Source of the DNA: an uncultured delta proteobacterium
GTDB lineage: Bacteria > Desulfobacterota > Binatia > HRBIN30 > BPIQ01
Direction: 5' to 3'
Length of the DNA stretch: 64,000 nucleotides
Assembly (NCBI GenBank): GCA_963761335.1
Contig: CAVXGR010000015.1
Span: 64,001 to 128,000 of the forward strand
Shown here piece after piece: positions 1 to 9,424 of this stretch. Both the position numbers and the translations under genes were made by a program. Within the stretch, counting starts at the first letter, position 1. The number at the start of each line of letters is the position of its first letter. The notes under the pieces are model-generated. The model saw only the letters and a program-made list of their open reading frames with translations. It did no database searches and was not told the origin of the DNA.

Positions 1-201
1 GGGCGGCCTTACGGTTTCCGTCCGCGTCGCCGTTGCGGGTACGCCGGTGGCCGTGGATGTCGCCTTGGCGGTGGGGCTCGGCGTCGCAGTGGGGTTCGCC
101 GGCACCGCGGCGCCATTATCGTCGCAGCCGGCCAGCGCCAGCGACAGAGTCGCGATCAGAGCCAGAGCCAGCGATCGAGAACCGATTTTGCGGAAACGCA
201 T
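1..201 (-). CDS. Lipoprotein with Pro/Thr-rich linker (5' part only; runs off the window)
   Basis: Not in the ORF track. Hand translation gives MRFRKIGSRSLALALIATLSLALAGCDDNGAAVPANPTATPSPTAKATST..., with an LAGC lipobox and a GGGAGG SD upstream. Confidence 0.75.
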   Translation of the reverse strand, partial: MRFRKIGSRSLALALIATLSLALAGCDDNGAAVPANPTATPSPTAKATSTATGVPATATRTETVRPP

Positions 202-409
202 ATGCACCCTCCCCCGGGAAGCGCGGCCCGAAGCCGGGGCTGCGCCGAGCCCCTGCCCCTACACCCGCGGCGTTCCGCGCGCAAACCACGGCGGCCGCGG
301 TCGCGACGGAAAACTAAGGGATTTCCCGAATTGCGAAGCCGACCGGCTGTCAGGTAAAAGGATCACCCGCGCTGCCGATCTGACAGGGAGCGTCGAGGCG
401 CGAGGAGCA

Positions 410-685
410 ATGGCCAAGGTTTACGATGCACTGAAGCGGGTCCAGGAGGAGCGCAGCCGGGGTGTGGAAGGGGATATCCCGCTTCGTGTTCGCCAGGCTG
501 GCGAATCACGGGTCGAGCCGAAGAAGAGCCGAGGTTGGTGGCGGGGAGGCGCGGAGGACGAGCCCTCGTTCGACGGCGAGCTGCTCCCCGGCGGCCTCGA
601 AACCCGCCTGTGCCGGCTCGAGCGCAAGGTGACGATTCTGATCGCCATCGGCTCGCTGGCTGTCCTGCTCCTGTTGATCCGCTGA
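410..685 (+). CDS. Small hypothetical protein with C-terminal transmembrane helix
   Basis: ATG at 410 follows GAGGAG, in the frame of ORF 47..685. Sequence MAKVYDALKRVQEE...VTILIAIGSLAVLLLLIR. Confidence 0.7.
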   Translation: MAKVYDALKRVQEERSRGVEGDIPLRVRQAGESRVEPKKSRGWWRGGAEDEPSFDGELLPGGLETRLCRLERKVTILIAIGSLAVLLLLIR

Positions 686-775
686 CGATCGTGTTACATC
701 CTGGAGGCGCAACGCCTCCGGAGAGTCCCCGCCATCGAATCCCAGCCGTCCCCCCGCCACGCCGCTGACGTCAGC

Positions 776-1921
776 GTGGTCGAGATCCACGACCGCGAGT
801 TCGTCCTTGTGGGTACCGCCCACATCTCGCGCGAGTCGGCCGATCTGGTGCGCCAGGTGATCGAGGCGGAACGGCCGGACTGCGTTTGCCTGGAGCTCGA
901 CCGGCAGCGCTTCGAGGCGATGTCGCAGCGGCAGAAGTTCGAGGAGCTCGATCTCAAGCAGATCATCCGCAGCAAGCAGCTCAGCACGCTGATCGCCAAC
1001 CTCGGGCTGGCGGCGTATCAGAAGCAGCTCGGAGGCCAGCTCGGGGTCGTTCCGGGCAGCGAGATGCTGATGGCGGCGGAGGTCGCCAAGGAGAACGGCA
1101 TCCCCGTGGTGCTCTGCGATCGCGACGTGCGCATCACCCTGCGGCGCGCCTGGGCGGCGATGTCGCCGTGGCGGAAGCTGCAGCTGGTTCCGGCGCTGGT
1201 CACCGCCATCTTCGAGCGCCCGGAGCTGACGGAGGACGACCTGCGGCAGCTGCGCGACCAGGACGCCGGCTCGAAGCTCATCGAGGAGCTGGGGGCGGCC
1301 TTTCCGGCAATCAAGAGCGTCCTGATCGATGAGCGCGACGGCTATCTCACCGAGAAAATGAGGCAGGCTCCCGGCCGCCGAATCGTCGCCGTGATCGGCG
1401 CCGGCCACGTCAGCGGCATGCGCCGGGCGCTGCTCGACGACCGCTCCGCCGACCTGCCGGCATTGGAGGTGATTCCGCCGCGATCGCGTCTGCTGCGCTG
1501 GGTCGGATGGGGAATCCCGGCGGCGATCGTCGGCGCCCTGCTCGCCATCGGAGTGCGCAAGGGCGCGGCCGCGGCGGGAGCCAACCTGCTCTTCTGGATC
1601 CTGGCGAACGGCATCCCGAGCCTCATCGGCGCGCTGATCGCTCTGGCGCACCCGGCCACGGTGCTGACGGCATTCGTGGCCGCGCCGATCACCAGCCTCA
1701 CCCCGGTCATCGGCGTCGGCTACGTGGCCGCGTTCGTGCAGGCCTACTATCGTCCGCCGCTGGTTCGCGAGCTGCGCGAGGTGACTCGGGACGCCAGCTC
1801 GCCGTTGATGTGGTGGCGCAATCGCCTGCTGCGAATCTGTCTGGTCTTCCTGCTGACCACGATCGGAAGCCTTCTCGGCACCTTCGTCGGCGGGGCGAGG
1901 ATCTTCTCCAGTCTCTTCTGA
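776..1921 (+). CDS. TraB/GumN family protein with C-terminal membrane helices
   Basis: Motifs VGTAH, CLELD, PGSEM, DRD, LIDERD and AVIGAGH; hydrophobic C-terminus. Confidence 0.85.
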   Translation: MVEIHDREFVLVGTAHISRESADLVRQVIEAERPDCVCLELDRQRFEAMSQRQKFEELDLKQIIRSKQLSTLIANLGLAAYQKQLGGQLGVVPGSEMLMAAEVAKENGIPVVLCDRDVRITLRRAWAAMSPWRKLQLVPALVTAIFERPELTEDDLRQLRDQDAGSKLIEELGAAFPAIKSVLIDERDGYLTEKMRQAPGRRIVAVIGAGHVSGMRRALLDDRSADLPALEVIPPRSRLLRWVGWGIPAAIVGALLAIGVRKGAAAAGANLLFWILANGIPSLIGALIALAHPATVLTAFVAAPITSLTPVIGVGYVAAFVQAYYRPPLVRELREVTRDASSPLMWWRNRLLRICLVFLLTTIGSLLGTFVGGARIFSSLF

Positions 1922-1931
1922 GACGCGGCGC

Positions 1932-2465
1932 TCACGCCGGCGGATGTCGCAGGCGGTGCGGGTGTCGCCGCCACAGATAGGTGGCCATGGTTGCGGCTGC
2001 GATCGCGTTCCCCAGGATGACCACCGGCCACTCGAGCGCGTCGAGGGCGACGGCGGCGAAGGTCATGGCGAAGGCGAAGAAGCCGAACTGGAGCACGACG
2101 AAGAGCAGCACGAAGCCGAGCGCGACATTGAAGCCGCGGTCGAGCATGTCGATCAAGAGGGATGCGGCCACTCCCATGATGACGAAGGAGACGAGGTGCA
2201 CGAGCGTGAACGAGATCGTCATCGGCACCGATCCCGGCAGTGCTTCCAGATTGCCCAGCCCCGAGCCGCCGCGGAAGAGGGCGTTGCCGAGAACGGTGGG
2301 AGTGTAGAGCGGCTGGCCGCGGGCGACGTCAAGCCAGAAGAACCAGAAGGCCAGCGTCAAGGCGCCGACGATTCCGGTGGCGACCCCATGCATGTATACC
2401 CCGAGCCTGCCGGCGCCCCGGCTCCGGTGAAGAGTTGCCGTCGACGGCTGAGCCTCTGCAGCCAT
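1932..2465 (-). CDS. Hypothetical integral membrane protein (about 4 TM helices)
   Basis: Hydrophobic C-terminal part of ORF 1932..3158; ATG at 2465 is preceded by AAAGGAGA. Confidence 0.75.
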   Translation of the reverse strand: MAAEAQPSTATLHRSRGAGRLGVYMHGVATGIVGALTLAFWFFWLDVARGQPLYTPTVLGNALFRGGSGLGNLEALPGSVPMTISFTLVHLVSFVIMGVAASLLIDMLDRGFNVALGFVLLFVVLQFGFFAFAMTFAAVALDALEWPVVILGNAIAAATMATYLWRRHPHRLRHPPA

Positions 2466-2606
2466 TGGTGTCTCCTTTCCGGGCGTTTCCGCCCGTTCCC
2501 ACACCGTGTGCTGCTCCGATTGTAGTCGAACACGCGGGTTGCGGGGAAGAGGATTGTTGGGCGCCGCGGGCACGGATGACTTTCCCCCTCGGCGGAGCGA
2601 TACTCG

Positions 2607-3131
2607 GTGGCGATGCACATCGACCTCCAGGAGGATCGCCGTCTTCTCGCCGCCGCGCAGGCGGATCCGCAGGAGTTTCGTCTGATCTTCGCGTGCTATT
2701 GGGCGCCGGTTTTTCTCTGCTGCGTGCTGCGCGATGGCGATCTGGGCGCCGGCGAAGAGCACACCGGCGAGGTCTTTGCCGCGGCCATGGCGGCGCTGCC
2801 GCACTATCGCTGGGATGGGAGGCCGCTGCTCGCCTGGCTGCTCTCGCTGGCGGCGCGGCCGCGGGCGCGCCGCCGCCCCGCGAGCGCCTCGAGCTCTGCG
2901 GTGGATGCGCCCCGTGTCGCCGCCGCCGAGGCTTGCGCCGAGCTGGGGCGACTTCTCGGCCGCATCGAGGGATCGGTGTCGGAAGCGCTGGTGTTGCGTC
3001 TGGCTCTCGGGCTTTCCGCCGAGGAGGTGGCGCAACTCCAGGGAGTCGCGCCGCCGGTGGTCGATGTGCGCGTATATCGCGCCGTCGCCCGCGCCGCGAG
3101 ACGCGCCGGCTGGGGCGATGAAGTCCCGTGA
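2607..3131 (+). CDS. ECF-type sigma-70 factor, divergent
   Basis: Region-2-like segment (LLAAAQADPQEF...EVFAAAMAALPHYRW...AWLLSLA) and region-4 HTH (EALVLRLALGLSAEEVAQLQG...VDVRVYRA). Confidence 0.6.
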   Translation: MAMHIDLQEDRRLLAAAQADPQEFRLIFACYWAPVFLCCVLRDGDLGAGEEHTGEVFAAAMAALPHYRWDGRPLLAWLLSLAARPRARRRPASASSSAVDAPRVAAAEACAELGRLLGRIEGSVSEALVLRLALGLSAEEVAQLQGVAPPVVDVRVYRAVARAARRAGWGDEVP

Positions 3132-3156
3132 TGAGGTGCGGCGATGAAGTGCTGCC

Positions 3157-3723
3157 ATGAAGGGTGACGAGCGGCGTGCCGCGCTGCTGTCGGCGATGCT
3201 CGACGGCGGCGCCCTGGCGGATGAGATCGAGACCCTGGCTCCGGCGGTGCGCCGGCTCCGCGAGCTGTTGGAGGGCCTCCTCCCGGATGCGCGGCAGGTA
3301 GCGGCCTGGTCGGAGCATCTCTACGCGCGAGCCGAGAACGACAGCGCGCCCCGGCTTCGGCTGCAGCAGGCGACGTTGAAGGTGGCCGACATGGATGCCG
3401 CCCTGGCGTTCTACTGCGACGCCCTCGGCCTACCGGCACGGGATGTGGGGAAACGGTTCTCGTCAGTTGACGCCGGCGGAATCTGTATCGGTCTTCTCTG
3501 CCCCGGCGGCGCCGTTCCGCCGGGCGGTGGCGTACGGCTGGAGCTCTACACCGAGGATCTCGACGAGACCGTGTACCGCCTCCGCGAGCGCGGCATCGCC
3601 GTCGACGTCGGCTTCGACCGCAGCCGTCGCCGCCACTGTGCCGAGATGTGCGACGCCGACGGTCACGTGCTGATTCTCGTCGGCGAGAGCCCGCTCTCGC
3701 CGGAGGGGCGACGCTCCGGCTGA
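3157..3723 (+). CDS. VOC/glyoxalase-family protein with helical N-terminal extension
   Basis: TLKVADMDAALAFYCDALGL...LELYTEDLDETVYRLRERGI...CDADGHVLIL fits the VOC fold. Confidence 0.75.
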   Translation: MKGDERRAALLSAMLDGGALADEIETLAPAVRRLRELLEGLLPDARQVAAWSEHLYARAENDSAPRLRLQQATLKVADMDAALAFYCDALGLPARDVGKRFSSVDAGGICIGLLCPGGAVPPGGGVRLELYTEDLDETVYRLRERGIAVDVGFDRSRRRHCAEMCDADGHVLILVGESPLSPEGRRSG

Positions 3724-3897
3724 CTCGGGTGCGCAGGAGACCGCCGCGTGGCGGAATGCGTGGACACCGACAGCTCCCGCGCCATGCCCTCCGGCGCCTT
3801 GCCGCGGCGTTGATGCTGCGCGTCATTGCGCCGCTCTGCGTCAACTCCGGCGCATCTTTTTTCGCGGGAATCGCGAAAAGCTTGCTACAATGGGCAC

Positions 3898-4926
3898 ATG
3901 TCTCGATGGCGTCGCATACGCAGATGGCCGCGTCGGCGGATCATCTCGATGTGCACGCAATTGCTGACCAAACCGCTCAACTCCTACGAGCAGCGGGTGC
4001 CCAACAATCTGGCGGCGTTGAAGAAGACGCTGCGCAAGGGCGACGTGCTGCTGGTGGAGGGCAATCAACGCGTCAGTCAAGTGATTCGCTATCTGACGCA
4101 GAGCTCCTGGTCGCACTCGACGGTCTACGTCGGCGACCACCTGCTCCACGGCGACCCGGCGATGGCCGCCGAGCTCCGGGAGCGCTTCGGGGAGGACGCC
4201 GAGCATCTGCTGATCGAGGCGGAGGTGGGCGCGGGCGTGATCGCCTCGCCTCTCAGCAAGTATGAGCGCCTGAACATTCGCATCTGCCGGCCGCAGCAGA
4301 TTCAGCGCGACGACGTCGAGCGCGTCATGGACTACGCCGTGGGCCACATGGGCACGCCGTACGACGTGCGCCATATCTGCGACCTCGGGCTGTACTTCTT
4401 TCCGGTAAGTTTGGTGCCGCGCCGCTGGCGTCGCGGCGCGCTGCAGCTGGGACGTGGATCCAGCCGCGCCGTCATCTGCTCGTGCATGATCGGCAAGGCC
4501 TTCGCCCGCGTCGGCTATCCCATCCTCCCGGAGATGAGCAGAGTCGAGTCGGCGGTGTCCCCGGCGCGTCGCTGGCAGCGCCTGCTGCGGCGCAACGGCC
4601 GCCGCACCCTGGCGCGATTCCGCCAGCAGGACCTGGCGCTGATCACGCCGCGGGACTTCGACTTGTCTCCCTATTTCGAGATCGTCAAGTTCAACCACTT
4701 GGCCGATCCCAGCTTCAGCTATCGCGACATCGTATGGGAGGATGATCTCCCGGCAGAGCGCGGCGCCCCGGAGCTCCTACCACCGCCCCTAGCCGCGGCC
4801 GCCGCGGTCGAGGTGGTCGACGCCGTACCGCCGGCGTCCCCGAGCGCGCTTCAGCGGATTACGCGGATGTTCGGTTGGAGCGGCGAGTCGGCGGTGGCCA
4901 AGAACGTGCCGATCTCGACGCCCTGA
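3898..4926 (+). CDS. YiiX/YebB-like permuted NlpC/P60 cysteine hydrolase
   Basis: LRKGDVLLVEG, SSWSH (His), PYD and ICS (Cys) motifs in the permuted order. Confidence 0.8.
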   Translation: MSRWRRIRRWPRRRIISMCTQLLTKPLNSYEQRVPNNLAALKKTLRKGDVLLVEGNQRVSQVIRYLTQSSWSHSTVYVGDHLLHGDPAMAAELRERFGEDAEHLLIEAEVGAGVIASPLSKYERLNIRICRPQQIQRDDVERVMDYAVGHMGTPYDVRHICDLGLYFFPVSLVPRRWRRGALQLGRGSSRAVICSCMIGKAFARVGYPILPEMSRVESAVSPARRWQRLLRRNGRRTLARFRQQDLALITPRDFDLSPYFEIVKFNHLADPSFSYRDIVWEDDLPAERGAPELLPPPLAAAAAVEVVDAVPPASPSALQRITRMFGWSGESAVAKNVPISTP

Positions 4927-6149
4927 GGAAGAGCGTAGCTGGCGGACTCGAGCATGTGGTAGCCGCCCTCGACGCCTTCCCAGTGATCGAGGACGAAGCC
5001 GACTCCCGGGCAGACGCCCGGCACCGACTCTGGCGGATCGGCGAAATCGGGGCTCGATCGATACCAGAGGTGCTCGCGTACCGATGAGAGGCTCGGGCTC
5101 CGGCGGAGCCGCTGCACCAGCGTGAAGCGCGGGCCGCGCAGGGCGAACCACTCGCTGGAGATTCCATCCGGCGACGACTGCGGCGGCGGTTGCCGGCAAT
5201 CGACGGGGATGGGGCGGGAAGCGCCGGGGACGAGCAGGTCCCATCGGCCCGGCAGGCCGCGAAAATCGAGGACGGCGCGCACCGAGATGTCGCTGAAGAA
5301 GTAGCGCGGCGGCACTCGCAGGCGCACGCTCACCGGCAGGTCGGCATAGTCGCGGTAGAAATACGTGTAGGAGCCGAAGCGGGGGGAGCGGATGCCGAAG
5401 CCGATGCGGATCGAGTGCTGCTGGCGGCGGATGACGCGGATCGGCCCGGCGCGCCAGGTTACCGGACCGCTGTCGAGGTCGCCCTCGTCGCGGCCGAAGC
5501 GCAGCAGTCCCCACAGCAGGGAAGCCCTGGCGCGGACCTTCAGGCGATCGAGCAGGTTGGCGCTGTGGTCGAAGGACAGGTGTTGTGGAACTGCGCCGCT
5601 GAATCCGAGACTGACGTCGGCGCCGCGGATACGGTCCGCGGCGGCATCGTACGACACGTAGGACATCGTCGATCGCGGCGGGCTCGAGGCGAAGCTGCCG
5701 AGGTAGACGCGCCGGGTCTCGAATCCCAGCGGGTCGCGTAGATCGACGGCGATCAGGTGTGCCGCCTCGAGCGGCTTCGCCGGGCTGTCGGCGGCGCCGG
5801 CATCCGCCGCCATGAACAGAAGAGTATCGTTGCGATCGAGCCGGCCGTCGCCGTCGGTCGGGTTGGGCTCCGCTCCGTGAGGCAGCACCCACTGTCCGGC
5901 GGCATTGCGCTCGTCAACCTGAAAGGGAATCGGCACGCAGTGGCTGCGGTCGCAGCGCAGCGCGCCGAGAGAATCGATCGGCTGTCGGAGCAGCGAACCG
6001 AGGGCGAAACCCTGGAGAGAAACGACTTCCCAGAAGCGCGGATCCGCGGCGCGCGCCGGCGTCGCCGCGACATGCAAGACGAGGGCGGCGAGAGCGGTGC
6101 AGAGCACCGCGCGACCGCCCCGGCGGCGGCGCTGGCGCGCGCGCCGCAT
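4851..6149 (-). CDS. Hypothetical exported protein, divergent from the DUF1302 operon
   Basis: Signal peptide ending TPARA-A; IPFQVDER and DGRLDRNDTLLFM segments; 3' end overlaps the convergent gene by 76 bp. Confidence 0.65.
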   Translation of the reverse strand: MRRARQRRRRGGRAVLCTALAALVLHVAATPARAADPRFWEVVSLQGFALGSLLRQPIDSLGALRCDRSHCVPIPFQVDERNAAGQWVLPHGAEPNPTDGDGRLDRNDTLLFMAADAGAADSPAKPLEAAHLIAVDLRDPLGFETRRVYLGSFASSPPRSTMSYVSYDAAADRIRGADVSLGFSGAVPQHLSFDHSANLLDRLKVRARASLLWGLLRFGRDEGDLDSGPVTWRAGPIRVIRRQQHSIRIGFGIRSPRFGSYTYFYRDYADLPVSVRLRVPPRYFFSDISVRAVLDFRGLPGRWDLLVPGASRPIPVDCRQPPPQSSPDGISSEWFALRGPRFTLVQRLRRSPSLSSVREHLWYRSSPDFADPPESVPGVCPGVGFVLDHWEGVEGGYHMLESASYALPQGVEIGTFLATADSPLQPNIRVIR

Positions 6150-6282
6150 GCGTCTCAACTGGCTGCCGCACCAGCAGAAACAGCTTGACAATTGACGGCG
6201 GCGTACAATATGGGTCGCGCCAGGGAGGGGCGGCCGACACAGTTCCACCCTGGTAACTGGCGAGCGAAGGAGGAGGATCCCT

Positions 6283-8217
6283 ATGATGCGGTTCGGGCTG
6301 AGGGCAGGGGGCATCGTCTGCGTCGCGGTCGTGTGCGTCACGATGATCGGGCTTTCGACGACGTCGGCGTACTATCTAGACAAAGAAGGGACGATGAAGC
6401 TCGGCGTGAGGGCGTACGTCAACGCCCGCATCGGTACGGAGAAGACCGACAAGACCGTATTCAGGGACACGATTCAGAACCAGCTCATCGAGACGCTCCG
6501 CGCCTGGACCTTCCCCGAATCCGCCGCCGGTCATCTGCGCCAGAACCGCTTCTTCCTCGAGGTGGAGTTCAATCACGACCTCACTGATCTGATGCACAAA
6601 AACTTCGGACCGCTGGCGCTGTTGAATGACCTGCCAATCAACATCCGCAAGATTGCTTACCACCTCAAGTACCGCGGCGAAGGGGAAGGCATTTACGATT
6701 GGGGTCCTGGGGAGTTCCGTGATCGCGGTTCCTACCTCGAGCTCGGTACCAATCCCTCCGGCGTGTTCGATCCCCCCAGCACCTGCACCTTGGCCAGCTG
6801 CCCGCAAATCGACGGAACGCGCGCCATCCTGCATGACAAGGGGTCACACCGCAATCGCCTCTACGAGGCCTACGTCGAGGCGACGATCTCCAATCTGTTC
6901 CTGCGCTTCGGCCGCCAGGTGCTGGCCTGGGGCGAGACCGACGCCTTCCGCCTGATGGACAACATCAACCCGCTGGACTCGAGCTTCGGCGGCTTTCTCA
7001 TCTCGCTCGACGAGCGCCGCGTGCCGATCGACATGCTGCGCGCCAGCTACTACCTCGGTGAGTTCGGCGACACCATATCCGAGGCGACCCTCGAAGGGTA
7101 TGCCGCCCTCGACGACAAGGTGACCTACTATCCGGGGGCGCCCCACGGTTCCCCGTGGACGCTGCCCAACCTCGGCGACCCGAGCGGCACGACGGCCAAC
7201 TACAGCTTCACCCCGCACCGCACCTTCAACGACATCCGCGGCGGCGCCCGGCTTCTGTGGAACGCTTACGACGTGACCTGGAGCGTCGCTCACTACTACA
7301 CCTATGCGGACAACCCGACGGTGCAGAGCTGCGTGGCTCCGGGCTTCCCGACGCAGCGCATCTCCAGCCAGCGCGGCGGCTCCGGCAACATCCCCGGCTG
7401 TCCGGTCGGCGCTATGGATCTGCCGCTCCAGCACCCGAGCGGCCTCAATCCGTTCACCAACCCGGTTGCTCCGCTGGCCTACACCATCCAGGCGCCGGCG
7501 AAGATGCAGATCAGCGGCGCCTCGGCGACTTTCACCATCCCGTCGAGGTTCTCCCGCCTGCTGGCTCTCAGCGGCGAGCCCGTGGTGCGCACCGAGCTGG
7601 CCTACTTCAAGGACGAGCCCGCCTTTACGCAGGCGTCGATCGACCCGTTCATCTACCATTTTCTCGAGCGCGAGCAGGGGACCTACCTGCGCAACCTCAA
7701 CACCGGCGGCATTCTGAAGAAGGATTCGATCAATTTCGTGGTGGGATTGGACCTCAATCAGTTCTTCCATTTCCTCAATCCGGTGAACAGCTTCTTCATC
7801 AGCACCCAATTCTTCTACAAGCACATCAAGAAGGCCAACGAGGACATCATCACTCCCACGGCGGCGCGTCCCACGCACCTGGTTCTGCCGGTGCCGGCCG
7901 CGAACGTCTCGCCGGCGGTGCAGCCGACCCTGGGCTCGGTGGAGCCGATTCTGGTGCGCAGCCAGGCCGACCAGTTCCTGCAGACCCTGCTGATCTCCAC
8001 CTCCTATCGCAGCGGCACGGTGAACCCCAGCTTGACGCTGTTCTACGACTGGAGCGGCGCTATCGTGGTCATTCCAGCGGTCACCTTCGTCCACGACCCC
8101 TTCCGCTTCAGCCTCGAGTACGACATCCTCGACGCCGCCAACCTGCTCGGCAACAGCGGCGTGAGCCTGCTGCGGGATCGCGACAACATCCTGTTTCAGC
8201 TGGAGTACGTCATATAG
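6283..8217 (+). CDS. DUF1302-family outer-membrane protein
   Basis: Signal peptide; LYEAYV, LRFGRQVLAWGETD and DNINPLD motifs; beta-barrel-type C-terminus RDRDNILFQLEYVI; context with YCF48, RND and DUF1329 genes. Confidence 0.75.
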   Translation: MMRFGLRAGGIVCVAVVCVTMIGLSTTSAYYLDKEGTMKLGVRAYVNARIGTEKTDKTVFRDTIQNQLIETLRAWTFPESAAGHLRQNRFFLEVEFNHDLTDLMHKNFGPLALLNDLPINIRKIAYHLKYRGEGEGIYDWGPGEFRDRGSYLELGTNPSGVFDPPSTCTLASCPQIDGTRAILHDKGSHRNRLYEAYVEATISNLFLRFGRQVLAWGETDAFRLMDNINPLDSSFGGFLISLDERRVPIDMLRASYYLGEFGDTISEATLEGYAALDDKVTYYPGAPHGSPWTLPNLGDPSGTTANYSFTPHRTFNDIRGGARLLWNAYDVTWSVAHYYTYADNPTVQSCVAPGFPTQRISSQRGGSGNIPGCPVGAMDLPLQHPSGLNPFTNPVAPLAYTIQAPAKMQISGASATFTIPSRFSRLLALSGEPVVRTELAYFKDEPAFTQASIDPFIYHFLEREQGTYLRNLNTGGILKKDSINFVVGLDLNQFFHFLNPVNSFFISTQFFYKHIKKANEDIITPTAARPTHLVLPVPAANVSPAVQPTLGSVEPILVRSQADQFLQTLLISTSYRSGTVNPSLTLFYDWSGAIVVIPAVTFVHDPFRFSLEYDILDAANLLGNSGVSLLRDRDNILFQLEYVI

Positions 8218-8377
8218 GGGTCAGAAACTTCTTGCAGTCTTCTGCGGCTCCATCCTAGACTGCGCGTCGCGGCGCTGCTGGGCGCCGTGTCGCGCCGGAA
8301 CAAACCGGCCCCCGTCCGCGTTATTGTCCCGGACAGGGGCCATATGCTTACTTAGAGAAAGTACCCACGAAGAGAAG

Positions 8378-9400
8378 ATGAAAAGCACGCTCTTGGTCCG
8401 CGCGTCGTTCGCGGCGGCGGTGTTGATCGCGTCCGCCTCCGTTGGGCTCCGAGCCCAGCCCATTCCCGCCAATCGCCTTCGGCAGAACCTGTTCAGTGCC
8501 TGCTTCGTCTCCGACCAGGAAGGGTGGGCCGTGGGCGATCTGGGCCGCATTTTCCACACCACCGATGCCGCTCGCACCTGGGAGAGGCAGGAGGCGAACG
8601 TCAAGTATCCGTTCGCGGGGATCACCTGTCCCGACAAGGATCATATCTGGGTGGCGGGGCAGATGGGGCACATCTCCTTCTCCGCCGACGGCGGCAAGAC
8701 TTGGACGGCGCAGGAATCCGGCACCGATCGCCAGCTGCTCGACATCAAGTTCGTGAATCCGCAGCTGGGTATGGCCGTCGGCGATCAGGGGCGCATCATG
8801 CGCACGACGGATGGCGGCAAGACCTGGACGAGGATCGCGGTGCCGGAGCATGTCGCCCTGCCGCCCGACATCGCCGAGATCTACGCCCCCGGCGACATGG
8901 TGCTGTATGCCCTATCCTTCGTCGACGAGCAGCACGCCTGGATCGGGGGCGAGTTCGGCGTCATCCTGCGCTCCGACGACGGTGGACTCACCTGGGAGTC
9001 CCCGGAGACGCCGGTCGACACCAGCCTCTTCGGCATCTACTTCGCCGATGCCGAGAACGGCTGGGCGGTGGGGATCGAGGCGACCATGCTGCACTCGACC
9101 GACGGCGGGCGGACCTGGACCAAGGAGAGCGTGCCGATCCCCAAGGAGTTCACTCTGTCGATCTACGACGTCTCGGTGCAGGGGCAGTACGGCTGGGCGG
9201 TAGGAGACAGCGGCTATCTGCTGAACTCGAAAGATGCGGGAGCGTCGTGGCAGCTGGTCGAAGAGCCCGTGCAGATGGGAAGTCACTGGTTCCGCGACGT
9301 GGTCTTGCGTCCGGACGACAGCGGCTTCATCCTCGGCTCCAGCGGGCTGGTCCTGGTCGCCAATCGCGATACCTACAAGGCACTGAAGGATAGACTGTAG
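8378..9400 (+). CDS. YCF48-related BNR/Asp-box beta-propeller protein
   Basis: Repeated GWAVG...(S/T)xDGGxTW motifs; signal peptide. Confidence 0.85.
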   Translation: MKSTLLVRASFAAAVLIASASVGLRAQPIPANRLRQNLFSACFVSDQEGWAVGDLGRIFHTTDAARTWERQEANVKYPFAGITCPDKDHIWVAGQMGHISFSADGGKTWTAQESGTDRQLLDIKFVNPQLGMAVGDQGRIMRTTDGGKTWTRIAVPEHVALPPDIAEIYAPGDMVLYALSFVDEQHAWIGGEFGVILRSDDGGLTWESPETPVDTSLFGIYFADAENGWAVGIEATMLHSTDGGRTWTKESVPIPKEFTLSIYDVSVQGQYGWAVGDSGYLLNSKDAGASWQLVEEPVQMGSHWFRDVVLRPDDSGFILGSSGLVLVANRDTYKALKDRL

Positions 9401-9424
9401 CAGCCCTCGAGGAGGTTTAGCCTT

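Noticed and set aside
6185..6209. TTGACA...TACAAT upstream of the DUF1302 operon as a sigma70 promoter
   Set aside because: The spacer is only 13 bp. The tandem TTGAC could be a regulator site, but there is no further support.
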